From TPA_inf: Saccharomyces (taxonomy: Eukaryota): a stretch of 64,000 bases of DNA. The notes under the pieces were generated by a model. The model had not been told where the DNA came from. It did no database searches and saw only the letters and a list, made by a program, of their open reading frames with translations. The stretch spans positions 160,001 through 224,000 of the forward strand of contig BK006938.2 in the NCBI GenBank assembly GCA_000146045.2, written 5' to 3'. Position 1 is the stretch's first letter. Each line of letters starts with the position of its first letter. Below are positions 10,410-21,185 of the stretch, one piece after another. A program made the position numbers and the translations under genes.

Positions 10410-11930
10410 TTAATACTGGGGTTGTGACTGACCAGGTGGCATCGCCATGAAATGTTCCTGCTGTGGAGGATACCCCTGCTGCGATGGCATTTGCGGTGGA
10501 GGATACGCCTGTTGTTGCTGATGCGAAGGAGGAACCATGAATTGTGGATGATGTTGCTGCGGAGGAATAGCAAATTGTTGCTGAGATGGTAATTGTTGCT
10601 GAGGTATCGCTTGTTGATGATAGCTCTGTTGCTCTATCGGGAATGGGACAGGTACCGTTTCGTCATTTTCAGCCACATACAATGACTTATCGATAGTGGC
10701 CGGAATAGCCGCAATTTCAGTGCCCAGTTCTTGTTCGATTTTATAAAGGTTAAACCGATCATTCCAGTTAATCAAATTGATTGCTAAACCCAAGTGGCCA
10801 AACCTACCGGATCTACCAATACGATGTAAATATGTTTCTGCCGTTTTGGGGAAATCGAAATTGATAACGACATTAACGGCTTGAATATCGATACCACGGG
10901 TCAATAAATCGGAGCAGACCAATGTACGAACCTTACCTTGACGAAATTCGTGGAAAACTTTATTTCTTTCTTGTTGCTTCATTCTTGCATGAGAGTAATA
11001 ACAGGAATAGCCTAAATCAGTGATTTTCTTGGCTAGTAATTCGACACGGTTAGTAGAATTACAAAAAATAATGGCTTGATTAATTTGAAGCTTAGAGAAT
11101 AAAGTATTTAAACAATGTAGCTTTTGTCTTTCTTCAACAAAGGCGTAGTATTGAGTAATACCCTTTAGAGTCAATTCTTCCATCAAATTAATTTCATAAG
11201 GCTTATGCAGATGTTTAACCATGAATTCCTTAACCGTTAGTGGGAAAGTAGCGCTAAATAATAAAGATTGGTGAGTTGGAGGTAAGAAGGATAAGATTTG
11301 TTCAATTATTGTCTTGAAGTCACGAGATAACATTTTATCGGCTTCGTCCATGATGAATAATGAACAATCAGACAGATCTGCTACTTTTCTCGAAGCTAAA
11401 TCCAACACTCTACCAGGAGTACCAACCAAAATATGGACTGTTTCATTTAATCTTAGAATATCGTCTCTCAAATTGGTACCACCAGTGGTCACCATACATG
11501 AAATACCACAGTGTTTTCCCAATGTACGGACGACTTGGGAAGTTTGCAGAGCTAACTCTCTTGTGGGAACCATGATCAAAGCCTGAATTTTATTCAACTT
11601 TGGTTTGACTTTCTCTAACGTAGGAATAACAAATGCGGCTGTCTTACCTGTACCATTCTTTGCTCTGGCCAATATGTCTCTACCAGTTATTGCTACCGGA
11701 ATAGCCTCTTCTTGAATAGGGGATGGTTTTTCAAAACCGGCTTCAAAAATACCCATTAACAGCTCTCTTTTCAAATAAAAATCTTCAAAAGTATTACCCT
11801 TTGTATTTAAGACATCATCTGTCTGTGGTCTGGTATCCTTCTTGGGAATATTCAATGCAGTTTTCCAGTCCCGATCGAGATCCGTATTACTGTTATTATT
11901 AGTGTTGAAGTTATTATTGATGGAACCCAT
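10410..11930 (-). CDS. DHH1: DEAD-box RNA helicase and decapping activator with a Q/P-rich C-terminal tail (506 aa)
   Basis: DEAD-box motifs are present: AKNGTGKT (motif I), DEAD and SAT. The C-terminus is QQ/PP-rich. Confidence 0.95.
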   Translation of the reverse strand: MGSINNNFNTNNNSNTDLDRDWKTALNIPKKDTRPQTDDVLNTKGNTFEDFYLKRELLMGIFEAGFEKPSPIQEEAIPVAITGRDILARAKNGTGKTAAFVIPTLEKVKPKLNKIQALIMVPTRELALQTSQVVRTLGKHCGISCMVTTGGTNLRDDILRLNETVHILVGTPGRVLDLASRKVADLSDCSLFIMDEADKMLSRDFKTIIEQILSFLPPTHQSLLFSATFPLTVKEFMVKHLHKPYEINLMEELTLKGITQYYAFVEERQKLHCLNTLFSKLQINQAIIFCNSTNRVELLAKKITDLGYSCYYSHARMKQQERNKVFHEFRQGKVRTLVCSDLLTRGIDIQAVNVVINFDFPKTAETYLHRIGRSGRFGHLGLAINLINWNDRFNLYKIEQELGTEIAAIPATIDKSLYVAENDETVPVPFPIEQQSYHQQAIPQQQLPSQQQFAIPPQQHHPQFMVPPSHQQQQAYPPPQMPSQQGYPPQQEHFMAMPPGQSQPQY

Positions 11931-12181
11931 TACTACTATTTTCTTTCTTGTCGTATTTTAGGCCTGGGATAAGTTATTATGCGAATGGCGATGCGGTTAT
12001 GAAGAAATAAAAGGGCTAAAAGTAAGAATTTTCTGCGTCTATCTTTCTATTAGGAATAAAATATGACTATATTTACTATTATTGTTGTTTTGTCGTACAA
12101 TCCTTTATGAATGAAAATATTAAGCTTGTGGTCTTAAAAGAATGTGGATGAAACAAAACTGAATCCAATGATGAGAAATAA

Positions 12182-12313
12182 ATGTACAATCAGATAATAA
12201 ACACTTTTATTGATGATTGTCTTTTCTTGCAAACCCCAATGTTACAATCGCCCATTAGTTCTAAGATTGTGTTGTCCTTTTTCTTACGAAATTTTTTTCC
12301 CTCCCTTTTTTGA
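12182..12313 (+). CDS. Small 43-codon [46 protein letters not shown] (possibly the annotated small ORF YDL159W-A)
   Basis: An ATG at 12182 reads open to a TGA at 12311-12313 in the DHH1-STE7 intergenic region. It is below the ORF-track size cutoff. Assigning it to an annotated small ORF rests on my memory only. Confidence 0.4.
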
Positions 12314-12480
12314 TCACTGTCCTCGTTATAAGTGATTCGTGGGGTAACGGCGATATCATACTATTATTGGCCCATCTGATGGATTAGAAGACCTACAGGT
12401 TAATGTGAAGCGACACTAATGATAAGAAAACTGCATCGGATCATATCTGTTTTTGCAGCGTGGTATATTGGTTGTTGGTC

Positions 12481-14028
12481 ATGTTTCAACGAAAGACTTT
12501 ACAGAGAAGGAACTTGAAAGGGCTCAATCTTAACCTGCACCCAGATGTGGGCAATAATGGCCAATTGCAGGAAAAGACAGAGACTCACCAGGGACAATCT
12601 CGAATAGAAGGCCACGTGATGTCTAACATTAATGCAATACAGAATAATAGCAACCTGTTTTTGCGAAGAGGCATAAAAAAAAAACTGACGTTGGATGCGT
12701 TTGGTGATGACCAAGCTATATCGAAACCAAACACTGTGGTAATACAGCAACCGCAAAATGAACCTGTTTTAGTTCTGTCTTCTCTATCACAATCCCCGTG
12801 TGTATCATCATCATCATCTTTGTCCACGCCATGCATTATAGATGCGTACAGTAATAATTTCGGATTATCGCCATCATCCACGAATTCTACTCCCTCTACG
12901 ATTCAGGGATTGTCCAATATTGCAACACCAGTTGAAAACGAACATTCGATATCACTACCACCTTTGGAGGAAAGCCTATCGCCAGCCGCAGCAGATCTGA
13001 AAGATACGTTGTCGGGAACTTCAAATGGTAATTATATACAACTCCAGGACTTGGTTCAGTTGGGGAAAATTGGTGCTGGAAATTCTGGAACTGTGGTGAA
13101 GGCACTACATGTTCCTGATTCCAAAATAGTTGCCAAAAAAACCATTCCTGTGGAACAGAATAACAGTACAATCATCAACCAATTAGTTAGGGAATTATCT
13201 ATCGTCAAAAACGTTAAGCCCCATGAAAACATTATCACCTTCTATGGAGCTTATTATAACCAGCATATAAATAATGAAATCATAATTTTAATGGAATACT
13301 CTGATTGTGGTTCTTTAGATAAAATACTGTCCGTTTATAAAAGGTTTGTTCAAAGAGGGACTGTTTCGAGTAAGAAAACCTGGTTCAACGAATTAACAAT
13401 ATCAAAAATAGCGTATGGCGTACTAAATGGCTTGGATCATTTGTACCGACAATATAAGATCATTCATCGTGATATCAAGCCTTCCAATGTTCTGATTAAT
13501 AGTAAGGGGCAGATTAAGTTATGTGATTTTGGAGTTTCCAAAAAACTAATAAATTCTATCGCTGATACATTTGTTGGAACGTCCACTTATATGTCACCAG
13601 AGAGGATACAAGGAAACGTTTATTCTATCAAAGGGGACGTTTGGTCATTGGGCTTAATGATCATCGAGCTGGTAACTGGAGAGTTTCCCCTAGGTGGGCA
13701 TAACGATACACCTGATGGCATATTGGATTTGCTGCAACGTATTGTCAACGAGCCTTCACCAAGATTACCCAAAGACCGTATCTATTCCAAGGAAATGACA
13801 GATTTTGTCAATAGGTGTTGTATTAAGAATGAAAGGGAAAGGTCATCGATTCATGAATTGCTACATCATGATCTTATAATGAAATACGTATCACCGTCTA
13901 AAGATGATAAATTTAGACATTGGTGTAGAAAAATAAAATCTAAAATAAAGGAAGACAAGAGAATTAAAAGAGAAGCCTTGGACCGTGCCAAGTTAGAAAA
14001 GAAACAATCGGAAAGATCAACCCATTGA
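12481..14028 (+). CDS. STE7: MAP kinase kinase of the pheromone and filamentation pathway (515 aa)
   Basis: Protein kinase subdomains are present (GAGNSGTV, HRDIKPSN, DFG, SPE), and the MEK activation loop reads SIADTFVGTSTYMSPE. The start is at MFQRK, the third Met of the track ORF. Confidence 0.92.
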   Translation: MFQRKTLQRRNLKGLNLNLHPDVGNNGQLQEKTETHQGQSRIEGHVMSNINAIQNNSNLFLRRGIKKKLTLDAFGDDQAISKPNTVVIQQPQNEPVLVLSSLSQSPCVSSSSSLSTPCIIDAYSNNFGLSPSSTNSTPSTIQGLSNIATPVENEHSISLPPLEESLSPAAADLKDTLSGTSNGNYIQLQDLVQLGKIGAGNSGTVVKALHVPDSKIVAKKTIPVEQNNSTIINQLVRELSIVKNVKPHENIITFYGAYYNQHINNEIIILMEYSDCGSLDKILSVYKRFVQRGTVSSKKTWFNELTISKIAYGVLNGLDHLYRQYKIIHRDIKPSNVLINSKGQIKLCDFGVSKKLINSIADTFVGTSTYMSPERIQGNVYSIKGDVWSLGLMIIELVTGEFPLGGHNDTPDGILDLLQRIVNEPSPRLPKDRIYSKEMTDFVNRCCIKNERERSSIHELLHHDLIMKYVSPSKDDKFRHWCRKIKSKIKEDKRIKREALDRAKLEKKQSERSTH

Positions 14029-14231
14029 ATGCATGCGATAACATTAGTTAGGAACATATTGCACTTTTTTTCACATCCCTTTCTCAAAGCTATATTCATA
14101 TATATATAGACTCTCCTGATTATGTAAATCACAAACCAATTTTCTAATGTAACAATATTTTTAAAAATAATCATCAAAGTAGCACTTTATGTACAGAAAA
14201 TTTCACGATTGAGAGAAGCTTGCGAATAATA

Positions 14232-14588
14232 CTAGTTAGCCTGTGTTTCACCATCGTTACTTAATTTCTTATAGTTCTTATATTCTTTATTTTTATGCCA
14301 CAACCAACCTTCGGTTCCTCTAACGAAACCGAAGGCGATTAATAACCCACCGAAGCTACGTAAAGTTACTTTCCACCATTGTGGGTTTCTTTTTTCAAAT
14401 TCAGTCAGAGAAATGCCTCTTTTGGCTTCTTTTTTACCATACTTGAATGGTTTCCCAGATGCCAAGTATGAGCCAAATCCAACAGAAAACATAGTGCTCA
14501 TGACTTGACAAGGAACGCAATCCATAGTCTCTTCTTTTTCCAGCTCCCTTTGTGGTGGAGGGTTGAACACTGCCAAAATATTACTCAT
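14232..14588 (-). CDS. Small mitochondrial membrane protein of unknown function (118 aa)
   Basis: A 118-aa ORF with one predicted hydrophobic segment. Its position matches YDL157C. Confidence 0.75.
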   Translation of the reverse strand: MSNILAVFNPPPQRELEKEETMDCVPCQVMSTMFSVGFGSYLASGKPFKYGKKEAKRGISLTEFEKRNPQWWKVTLRSFGGLLIAFGFVRGTEGWLWHKNKEYKNYKKLSNDGETQAN

Positions 14589-14917
14589 TGTTTTTCACCA
14601 CTTGCTGTTTCTCTCTAAGCGGTGTTTTGTTTCCTACTTGGTGGCACACAATGACTGTACTCGCTTTATATGCTCGTACCTTTTTTCAAAAGCCCATCGT
14701 TAATTTTTCACCCGAGGACCCCATATTACGCGTTTTTTGTTAATGTTCAATTTCTGACATGTTACAATTATAATAACGCCAAAAGAGGTAAATGTATATT
14801 TGAACAATTGTTAAAGAGAAGATAAAAACCCTTTAATCTTGCATTTGTCGTCAATAGTACACAATAGGCGATCTATTTTAGTACGGCAATTAAAAGAAAG
14901 CTGCTTTTCAGTCAAGA

Positions 14918-16486
14918 ATGCCGGAATTAACAGAATTTCAGAAAAAACGTTTAGAGAACATCAAAAGGAATAACGATTTATTGAAAAAACTCCATTTGTC
15001 TGGAGTAGCATCTCAAATTAAGCACGAGGCTGGGGTGTTGGAAAAATCTAGAGCTCCTGCAAAAAAGAAACAAAAAACAACTAATACCAGAGCAACCAAG
15101 TCTGCGAGTCCCACTTTACCTACACGAAGATCAAGAAGGCTAAGGGGTGAGTCTGCAGACGATGTGAAAGGAATACCCAATGTGAACGATAATCAGTTGC
15201 TTAAAATGGGTTCTCCAGATGGCCAGGATAAGAATTTTATAGACGCAATAAAGGAGAAACCTGTAATAGGAGATGTGAAATTAAGTGATCTGATCAAGGA
15301 TGAAGACGAAAGTGCCCTTTTAGAGAAATTCAAGAGGTTTAATAACGGAAACTTTTCTTCTGGTGATTTCTTTGAAGAAATAAAAAAGAGACAGGGTGAC
15401 GTTACGGGGATGGACGAATTTGATTTGGATCTATATGACGTTTTTCAACCGAACGAAATTAAGATTACATACGAAAGAATCTCTGCCACTTACTTCCATC
15501 CTGCTATGGAAAAAAAGCTAATAATTGCAGGTGATACAAGCGGTACTGTGGGTTTTTGGAACGTTAGAGATGAACCACTAGCTGACAGCGAAGAGGACCG
15601 AATGGAAGAACCCGATATCACCAGAGTGAAACTATTTACCAAAAACGTCGGCCGTATTGATTGCTTCCCTGCGGACACATCGAAGATATTGCTCACCTCT
15701 TACGACGGAAGCATCAGGTCAGTTCACTTGAATAACTTACAGAGTGAAGAGGTTCTCACCTTGAAAAATGAATATGACGATTCACTGGGTATCAGCGATT
15801 GCCAGTTTAGCTACGAAAACCCAAATGTTTTATTCCTCACCACATTAGGTGGTGAATTCACCACGTTTGACACAAGAGTAAAAAAATCAGAGTATAATCT
15901 GCGAAGACTCGCAGACAAGAAGATCGGGTCTATGGCAATAAATCCCATGAGACCCTACGAGATTGCCACCGGATCACTTGATAGAACACTCAAAATCTGG
16001 GATACAAGAAACCTTGTTAAAAAGCCAGAGTGGTCACAATATGAAGACTATCCCAGTCATGAAATTGTCTCCACATATGACTCAAGATTGAGCGTCTCTG
16101 CAGTTTCTTACTCACCGACAGATGGCACCTTAGTGTGCAATGGCTATGACGATACCATCCGCTTATTCGATGTCAAGAGTAGGGATCACCTTTCTGCGAA
16201 GTTGGAGCCCAAACTAACGATTCAGCACAATTGCCAAACAGGAAGATGGACAAGCATCCTCAAGGCCAGGTTCAAGCCGAACAAGAATGTTTTTGCAATA
16301 GCTAACATGAAGCGCGCCATCGACATATACAACAGCGAAGGCCAGCAACTGGCTCACCTACCCACAGCTACTGTCCCAGCTGTAATTAGTTGGCACCCGC
16401 TGCGAAACTGGATTGCAGGTGGTAATTCTAGCGGCAAAATATTCCTCTTTACTGATGACTCCGGAACCATAAAGCAGGAAGAATGA
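14918..16486 (+). CDS. CMR1: WD40-repeat nuclear protein that binds chromatin after DNA damage (522 aa)
   Basis: WD-repeat signatures fill the C-terminal two-thirds. Length and neighbouring genes fit CMR1. Confidence 0.85.
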
Positions 16487-16772
16487 AAACATCTCAGTTA
16501 CCCGCACTGCCTTTTTTCTCTCCCGCTTTTCAGCAGAACGAGGCGACAAGCGAAGGAACAAAACAAAACAAAAGAAAACAAAAATATTGAAATGCAAGAA
16601 CATGGACACATAAAAACATTTTTGATCCGGTCGAAAGAAAACGATCAGAAATTTTTAGCTGCTTGCTTAGAAGAAAAGAAAAGAAAATTGCAGAGAAAAA
16701 GCTATTTATTGTTTCTGTCCTTCGCTTTAAAACATAGAGATATTTTGTCCTTTTTATCATTGCTTATTATAA

Positions 16773-18056
16773 ATGCATCATAACTCACAGTCTTTGAGCT
16801 CTGGACACATCAGGAGCCCCGAGGATGAAAATGTGGCACCTATAGGTAATCTTAAACACAGGACTGGATCCCTCAGTCATATTTCATCTGCGCACCCGAG
16901 GGTCGCACTTAGCGACGTTACCAATATAGTTGCGACAAACTCTAGCAACAACAGCATAAGTAAGCCAAAAGTCGCCCCAATTAAAGAAAGATTGGATTCA
17001 GCTGCGATAATTGAGGAAGAAAGGCTGGATGCGAATAGTGTTGCACAGAGAAAAGAAGCTGATCATAACGATTTGTTAACGGACAGGGAACAAGAGGAAC
17101 CCGTTGAAGACGACGGAGAAAGCGAAGAGGATGAAGAAGAAGACCAGGAGCCTCTACTGTTGCAACATTATGCTAGTGATACATTGGTCTGGGAGCATGC
17201 ATTTAGAACTTACTATAGAACTACATTAGATCCCAATGATGATGACGTGTACGATGTGGTCATGGTTGCCGAATTATCTAATGAGATATTCGAGTATATG
17301 AGGAAATTGGAAGACCTGTATAAACCCAACCCGTACTACATGGATAAACAACCAGAGTTAAGATGGTCGTTTCGAAGCACACTGATTGATTGGATCGTCC
17401 AAGTACATGAAAAATTTCAACTTTTACCTGAAACTCTATATCTCTGCATTAATATAATAGACAGATATCTGTGCAAAGAAGTTGTTCCTGTAAATAAGTT
17501 CCAACTTGTGGGTGCAGCCTCACTCTTCATTGCTGCTAAATATGAGGAAATCAACTGTCCTACAATCAAGGATTTCGTATACATGTCAGAAAACTGCTAC
17601 TCAAGGAACGACCTGCTGGACGCAGAAAGAACTATTTTGAACGGCTTAGAATTTGAATTGGGTTGGCCTGGTCCGATGTCATTTTTACGAAGAATCAGTA
17701 AGGCAGACGATTACGAGCATGATACGAGAACACTGGCCAAATATCTATTGGAATCCACAATAATGGACCATCGACTGGTTTCCGCTCAACCTAGTTGGTT
17801 AGCTGCCGGTGCATACTTTCTAAGTAAGATTATTCTGGGCCAAAATCAGTGGTCTCTGGCGCACGTCTACTATTCCAATTATACACAAGAACAAATTCTT
17901 CCGTTGGCCACCATTATTTTAGAAAATTGCAGATATGCCTCTAAACGTCATAACGCCATATGGAGAAAATATTCTTCACGTCGTTATTTGCATTCTTCAC
18001 AGATCGTAGCGAAGTGGATAGCATTAGCTGAACACAGAGTAGAAAGATCTAACTAA
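16773..18056 (+). CDS. CLB3: B-type cyclin (427 aa)
   Basis: A cyclin box is present (ELRWSFRSTLIDWIVQVHEKFQLLPETLYL ... FIAAKYEEI). A destruction-box-like motif (RVALSDVTN) sits at the N-terminus. Confidence 0.92.
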   Translation: MHHNSQSLSSGHIRSPEDENVAPIGNLKHRTGSLSHISSAHPRVALSDVTNIVATNSSNNSISKPKVAPIKERLDSAAIIEEERLDANSVAQRKEADHNDLLTDREQEEPVEDDGESEEDEEEDQEPLLLQHYASDTLVWEHAFRTYYRTTLDPNDDDVYDVVMVAELSNEIFEYMRKLEDLYKPNPYYMDKQPELRWSFRSTLIDWIVQVHEKFQLLPETLYLCINIIDRYLCKEVVPVNKFQLVGAASLFIAAKYEEINCPTIKDFVYMSENCYSRNDLLDAERTILNGLEFELGWPGPMSFLRRISKADDYEHDTRTLAKYLLESTIMDHRLVSAQPSWLAAGAYFLSKIILGQNQWSLAHVYYSNYTQEQILPLATIILENCRYASKRHNAIWRKYSSRRYLHSSQIVAKWIALAEHRVERSN

Positions 18057-18234
18057 AAAGCCTCAGCTCGAGACATGGCATCAACAAAGGAAAAAGGATT
18101 CATTACCGTCTTTTGCACACAAAAACTTTAATCATCAGTAATAAACATATGTAACTTTTTAACCTTAAAACATACTAATCTCCGTACTTTTTTTAAAGCA
18201 TCCACAATCCATATGGATATGACGCGAAATTAGC

Positions 18235-18244
18235 TCGGCGGTTA
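18235..18244. promoter_or_regulatory. URS1-like Ume6 site, TCGGCGGTTA, about 95 bp upstream of the MSH5 ATG
   Basis: It differs at one position from the consensus TCGGCGGCTA. MSH5 is an early meiotic gene. Confidence 0.5.
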
Positions 18245-18333
18245 ATTATTAAAAAATTGAAGCTAAAATCAAGGTTAACAAAACAACTCATTCAAAATAA
18301 CTTACTCATTCATATACTGCCACCAAATGGAAT

Positions 18334-21039
18334 ATGTCCCATGAATGGCTCATAAGCGCATCGGAAACAATGAGAAGCATTGGTAATGGGGAAGGTTTGC
18401 GGGATAAAGGTGCTGTCGTTGCCAACAATGACGGAGAATTTAACGAAGGTGATACAAATCGTGAAGAGGATAGCTCTACCATTTTCTCCTTCGATTTTGA
18501 CGAGGAGATTGTAATGTGTATTGACTTTTCTGGAGGAAAACTCGGGTGTTCTATTTTAGATTATCATACCAAGACTTTGAAAGCGTTTGACCAGGACTAC
18601 GTGGTCAATAAAACAACAATTTCGTCTCATGATCTTATCGATGATGCAGATATGTCTTCAAACGACATAAGTCTGTTACTTGGACTTTTAATAATGGAAG
18701 CAAACCCAACTGTATGCCTAGTGCCGGCAAGATTGGAGGATTGGATTTTCGACTACATTAAGACAAAATGCGATGAGATAAACTGTAGGCTAGAACTACA
18801 ACCAATAAAACGTTTCAAAAAATGGGACTTATTGCAGTCATTGCAGTTAAGGGGTCATGATAATCAGACTATATTGAACGACATATTATCAAATAGCAAA
18901 TTTACCACCACAGTCACCTTAGGTACAGTGGGATGCATCCTTGCAAATCATGAACAACTTGGTGAATACAATGACAGTACTGCTTCAAGTAATATGGTAA
19001 CAGGACGATTAGTTCAGAATGCTTTTGAAGATGTGATACATGGCATAAGGTATATCGACATAAGGGATCGGATGGTACTGGATGAAAATACTATATCGGC
19101 TTTGCATATTTTTCCAACAGCTCATAAACTGGGCCATGATAAGATGATGAGAAATGGTTTCTTTAGTGTATTTGAACTATTCAATCAAGTGTCTTCGGAC
19201 TACGCCAGGAGAATTTTGAAGTCTTGGCTTATTAACCCATTAACCAATAAAAAACGGATAGAAACAAGATACAGCATCATAAGAACCTTATTGGATAAAC
19301 AAAACGCCATCATTTTTAGTGACCTTAGCCAATCAATAAAAAGATGTCCAGACGCTTTTGGGTTTATAAATCAGTTAAGAAGTGGTAAATCGACATTAGG
19401 GACATGGTCCAAGGTTGCAAGTTTTTTAGAAAAAGGAATAGCTATATTTCAACTGGTGTCGTCCTTGAAATTAGGTTCAGACGAAGCCAACATTTTACAT
19501 GATATCAAAAATAAGGTTGATATATCAGCTTTAAAGGAATGTTTGAGAAAAGTAGAAACGGTAATAGATTTTGACACATCAAGAGATACCAAGACGCTCA
19601 CGATAAATACGGGGGTTGACAACAGATTAGACGAATGCAGAAATATTTATAATCATTTGGAAGGGATCTTACTGGATGTCGCAAGAGAAACTCAAATTTT
19701 TTTACTGAATACTATGCCTCAAGAAGATTGTAAGACAACAAAGAGTTTAGAAAAGTTAGTGAATGCTGTTTATATTCCCCAATTAGGATACTTAGTAACC
19801 ATTAGCGTCTTAATGGAACCTTTATTGGATGGCATTCCAAACCTTCAATGGGAAGAGATCTTTAGGAGTTCAGAAAATATATACTTCAAAAATGGCAGGG
19901 TTCTTGAGCTGGATGAAACATACGGCGATATTTATGGCGCGATTTCAGATTTTGAAATTGAAATCCTGTTTTCCTTACAAGAACAAATTCTGAGAAGAAA
20001 GACTCAACTCACTGCTTACAATATACTGCTTAGTGAACTGGAAATATTATTATCGTTCGCTCAAGTGTCTGCTGAAAGGAATTATGCAGAGCCTCAATTG
20101 GTGGAAGATGAGTGCATATTGGAAATTATTAACGGAAGACATGCTTTGTATGAAACATTCCTTGATAATTATATCCCCAATAGCACAATGATTGATGGCG
20201 GGCTATTTTCTGAATTAAGTTGGTGTGAACAAAATAAAGGAAGAATCATTGTAGTCACTGGCGCTAATGCATCTGGAAAGTCTGTATATCTTACACAGAA
20301 TGGTTTAATTGTGTACTTGGCACAAATTGGTTGTTTTGTTCCAGCAGAGAGAGCGAGAATTGGAATAGCGGATAAAATATTAACTAGAATCAGGACTCAA
20401 GAAACTGTTTATAAGACTCAAAGTTCCTTTTTGCTAGATTCTCAACAAATGGCAAAATCACTGAGTTTGGCCACTGAAAAAAGTCTCATTTTAATTGATG
20501 AATACGGCAAAGGTACTGATATTTTAGATGGACCTTCACTATTTGGTTCCATAATGCTCAATATGTCCAAGAGTGAAAAATGTCCACGCATAATCGCATG
20601 TACACACTTTCATGAACTATTTAACGAAAATGTACTCACAGAGAATATAAAAGGTATCAAACATTACTGCACTGATATACTTATCAGCCAAAAATATAAT
20701 CTTTTAGAAACAGCACATGTCGGAGAAGATCATGAAAGTGAGGGAATCACATTCCTATTCAAAGTAAAGGAGGGGATCTCAAAGCAGTCATTTGGCATAT
20801 ATTGCGCAAAAGTATGTGGTTTGAGCAGAGATATTGTGGAAAGGGCTGAAGAACTATCTCGCATGATTAATAGAGGCGATGACGTAGTTCAGCAATGTGG
20901 AAATCTGACCGAAAAGGAGATGAGAGAATTCCAAAAGAATCAGGAAATAGTGAAAAAGTTTTTATCTTGGGATTTGGATCTCGAAACTACAACAACTTCC
21001 GAGAATCTCAGGCTTAAATTGAAAAATTTCCTTCGCTAA
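18334..21039 (+). CDS. MSH5: MutS homolog 5, a meiosis-specific crossover factor (901 aa)
   Basis: A MutS ATPase domain with Walker A (GANASGKS) and a MutS signature is present. The length is 901 aa. Confidence 0.92.
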   Translation: MSHEWLISASETMRSIGNGEGLRDKGAVVANNDGEFNEGDTNREEDSSTIFSFDFDEEIVMCIDFSGGKLGCSILDYHTKTLKAFDQDYVVNKTTISSHDLIDDADMSSNDISLLLGLLIMEANPTVCLVPARLEDWIFDYIKTKCDEINCRLELQPIKRFKKWDLLQSLQLRGHDNQTILNDILSNSKFTTTVTLGTVGCILANHEQLGEYNDSTASSNMVTGRLVQNAFEDVIHGIRYIDIRDRMVLDENTISALHIFPTAHKLGHDKMMRNGFFSVFELFNQVSSDYARRILKSWLINPLTNKKRIETRYSIIRTLLDKQNAIIFSDLSQSIKRCPDAFGFINQLRSGKSTLGTWSKVASFLEKGIAIFQLVSSLKLGSDEANILHDIKNKVDISALKECLRKVETVIDFDTSRDTKTLTINTGVDNRLDECRNIYNHLEGILLDVARETQIFLLNTMPQEDCKTTKSLEKLVNAVYIPQLGYLVTISVLMEPLLDGIPNLQWEEIFRSSENIYFKNGRVLELDETYGDIYGAISDFEIEILFSLQEQILRRKTQLTAYNILLSELEILLSFAQVSAERNYAEPQLVEDECILEIINGRHALYETFLDNYIPNSTMIDGGLFSELSWCEQNKGRIIVVTGANASGKSVYLTQNGLIVYLAQIGCFVPAERARIGIADKILTRIRTQETVYKTQSSFLLDSQQMAKSLSLATEKSLILIDEYGKGTDILDGPSLFGSIMLNMSKSEKCPRIIACTHFHELFNENVLTENIKGIKHYCTDILISQKYNLLETAHVGEDHESEGITFLFKVKEGISKQSFGIYCAKVCGLSRDIVERAEELSRMINRGDDVVQQCGNLTEKEMREFQKNQEIVKKFLSWDLDLETTTTSENLRLKLKNFLR

Positions 21040-21185
21040 TATATCAAAGAATAAAAAAACGCTTACTTGTAACATATTTAAGTTAATAAATGTCAAGCGG
21101 TTGCTCTTTTCTTATAAAAATATATTGTATGGGTACAAAAATTTTGACACCACTACTTGGGTAAATACTACATATGTAAATTTTT

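Noticed and set aside
13866-14177. Minus-strand 103-aa ORF overlapping the STE7 3' end
   Set aside because: It lies antisense to a conserved kinase C-terminus, is A/T-rich and has no domains. It is most likely spurious.
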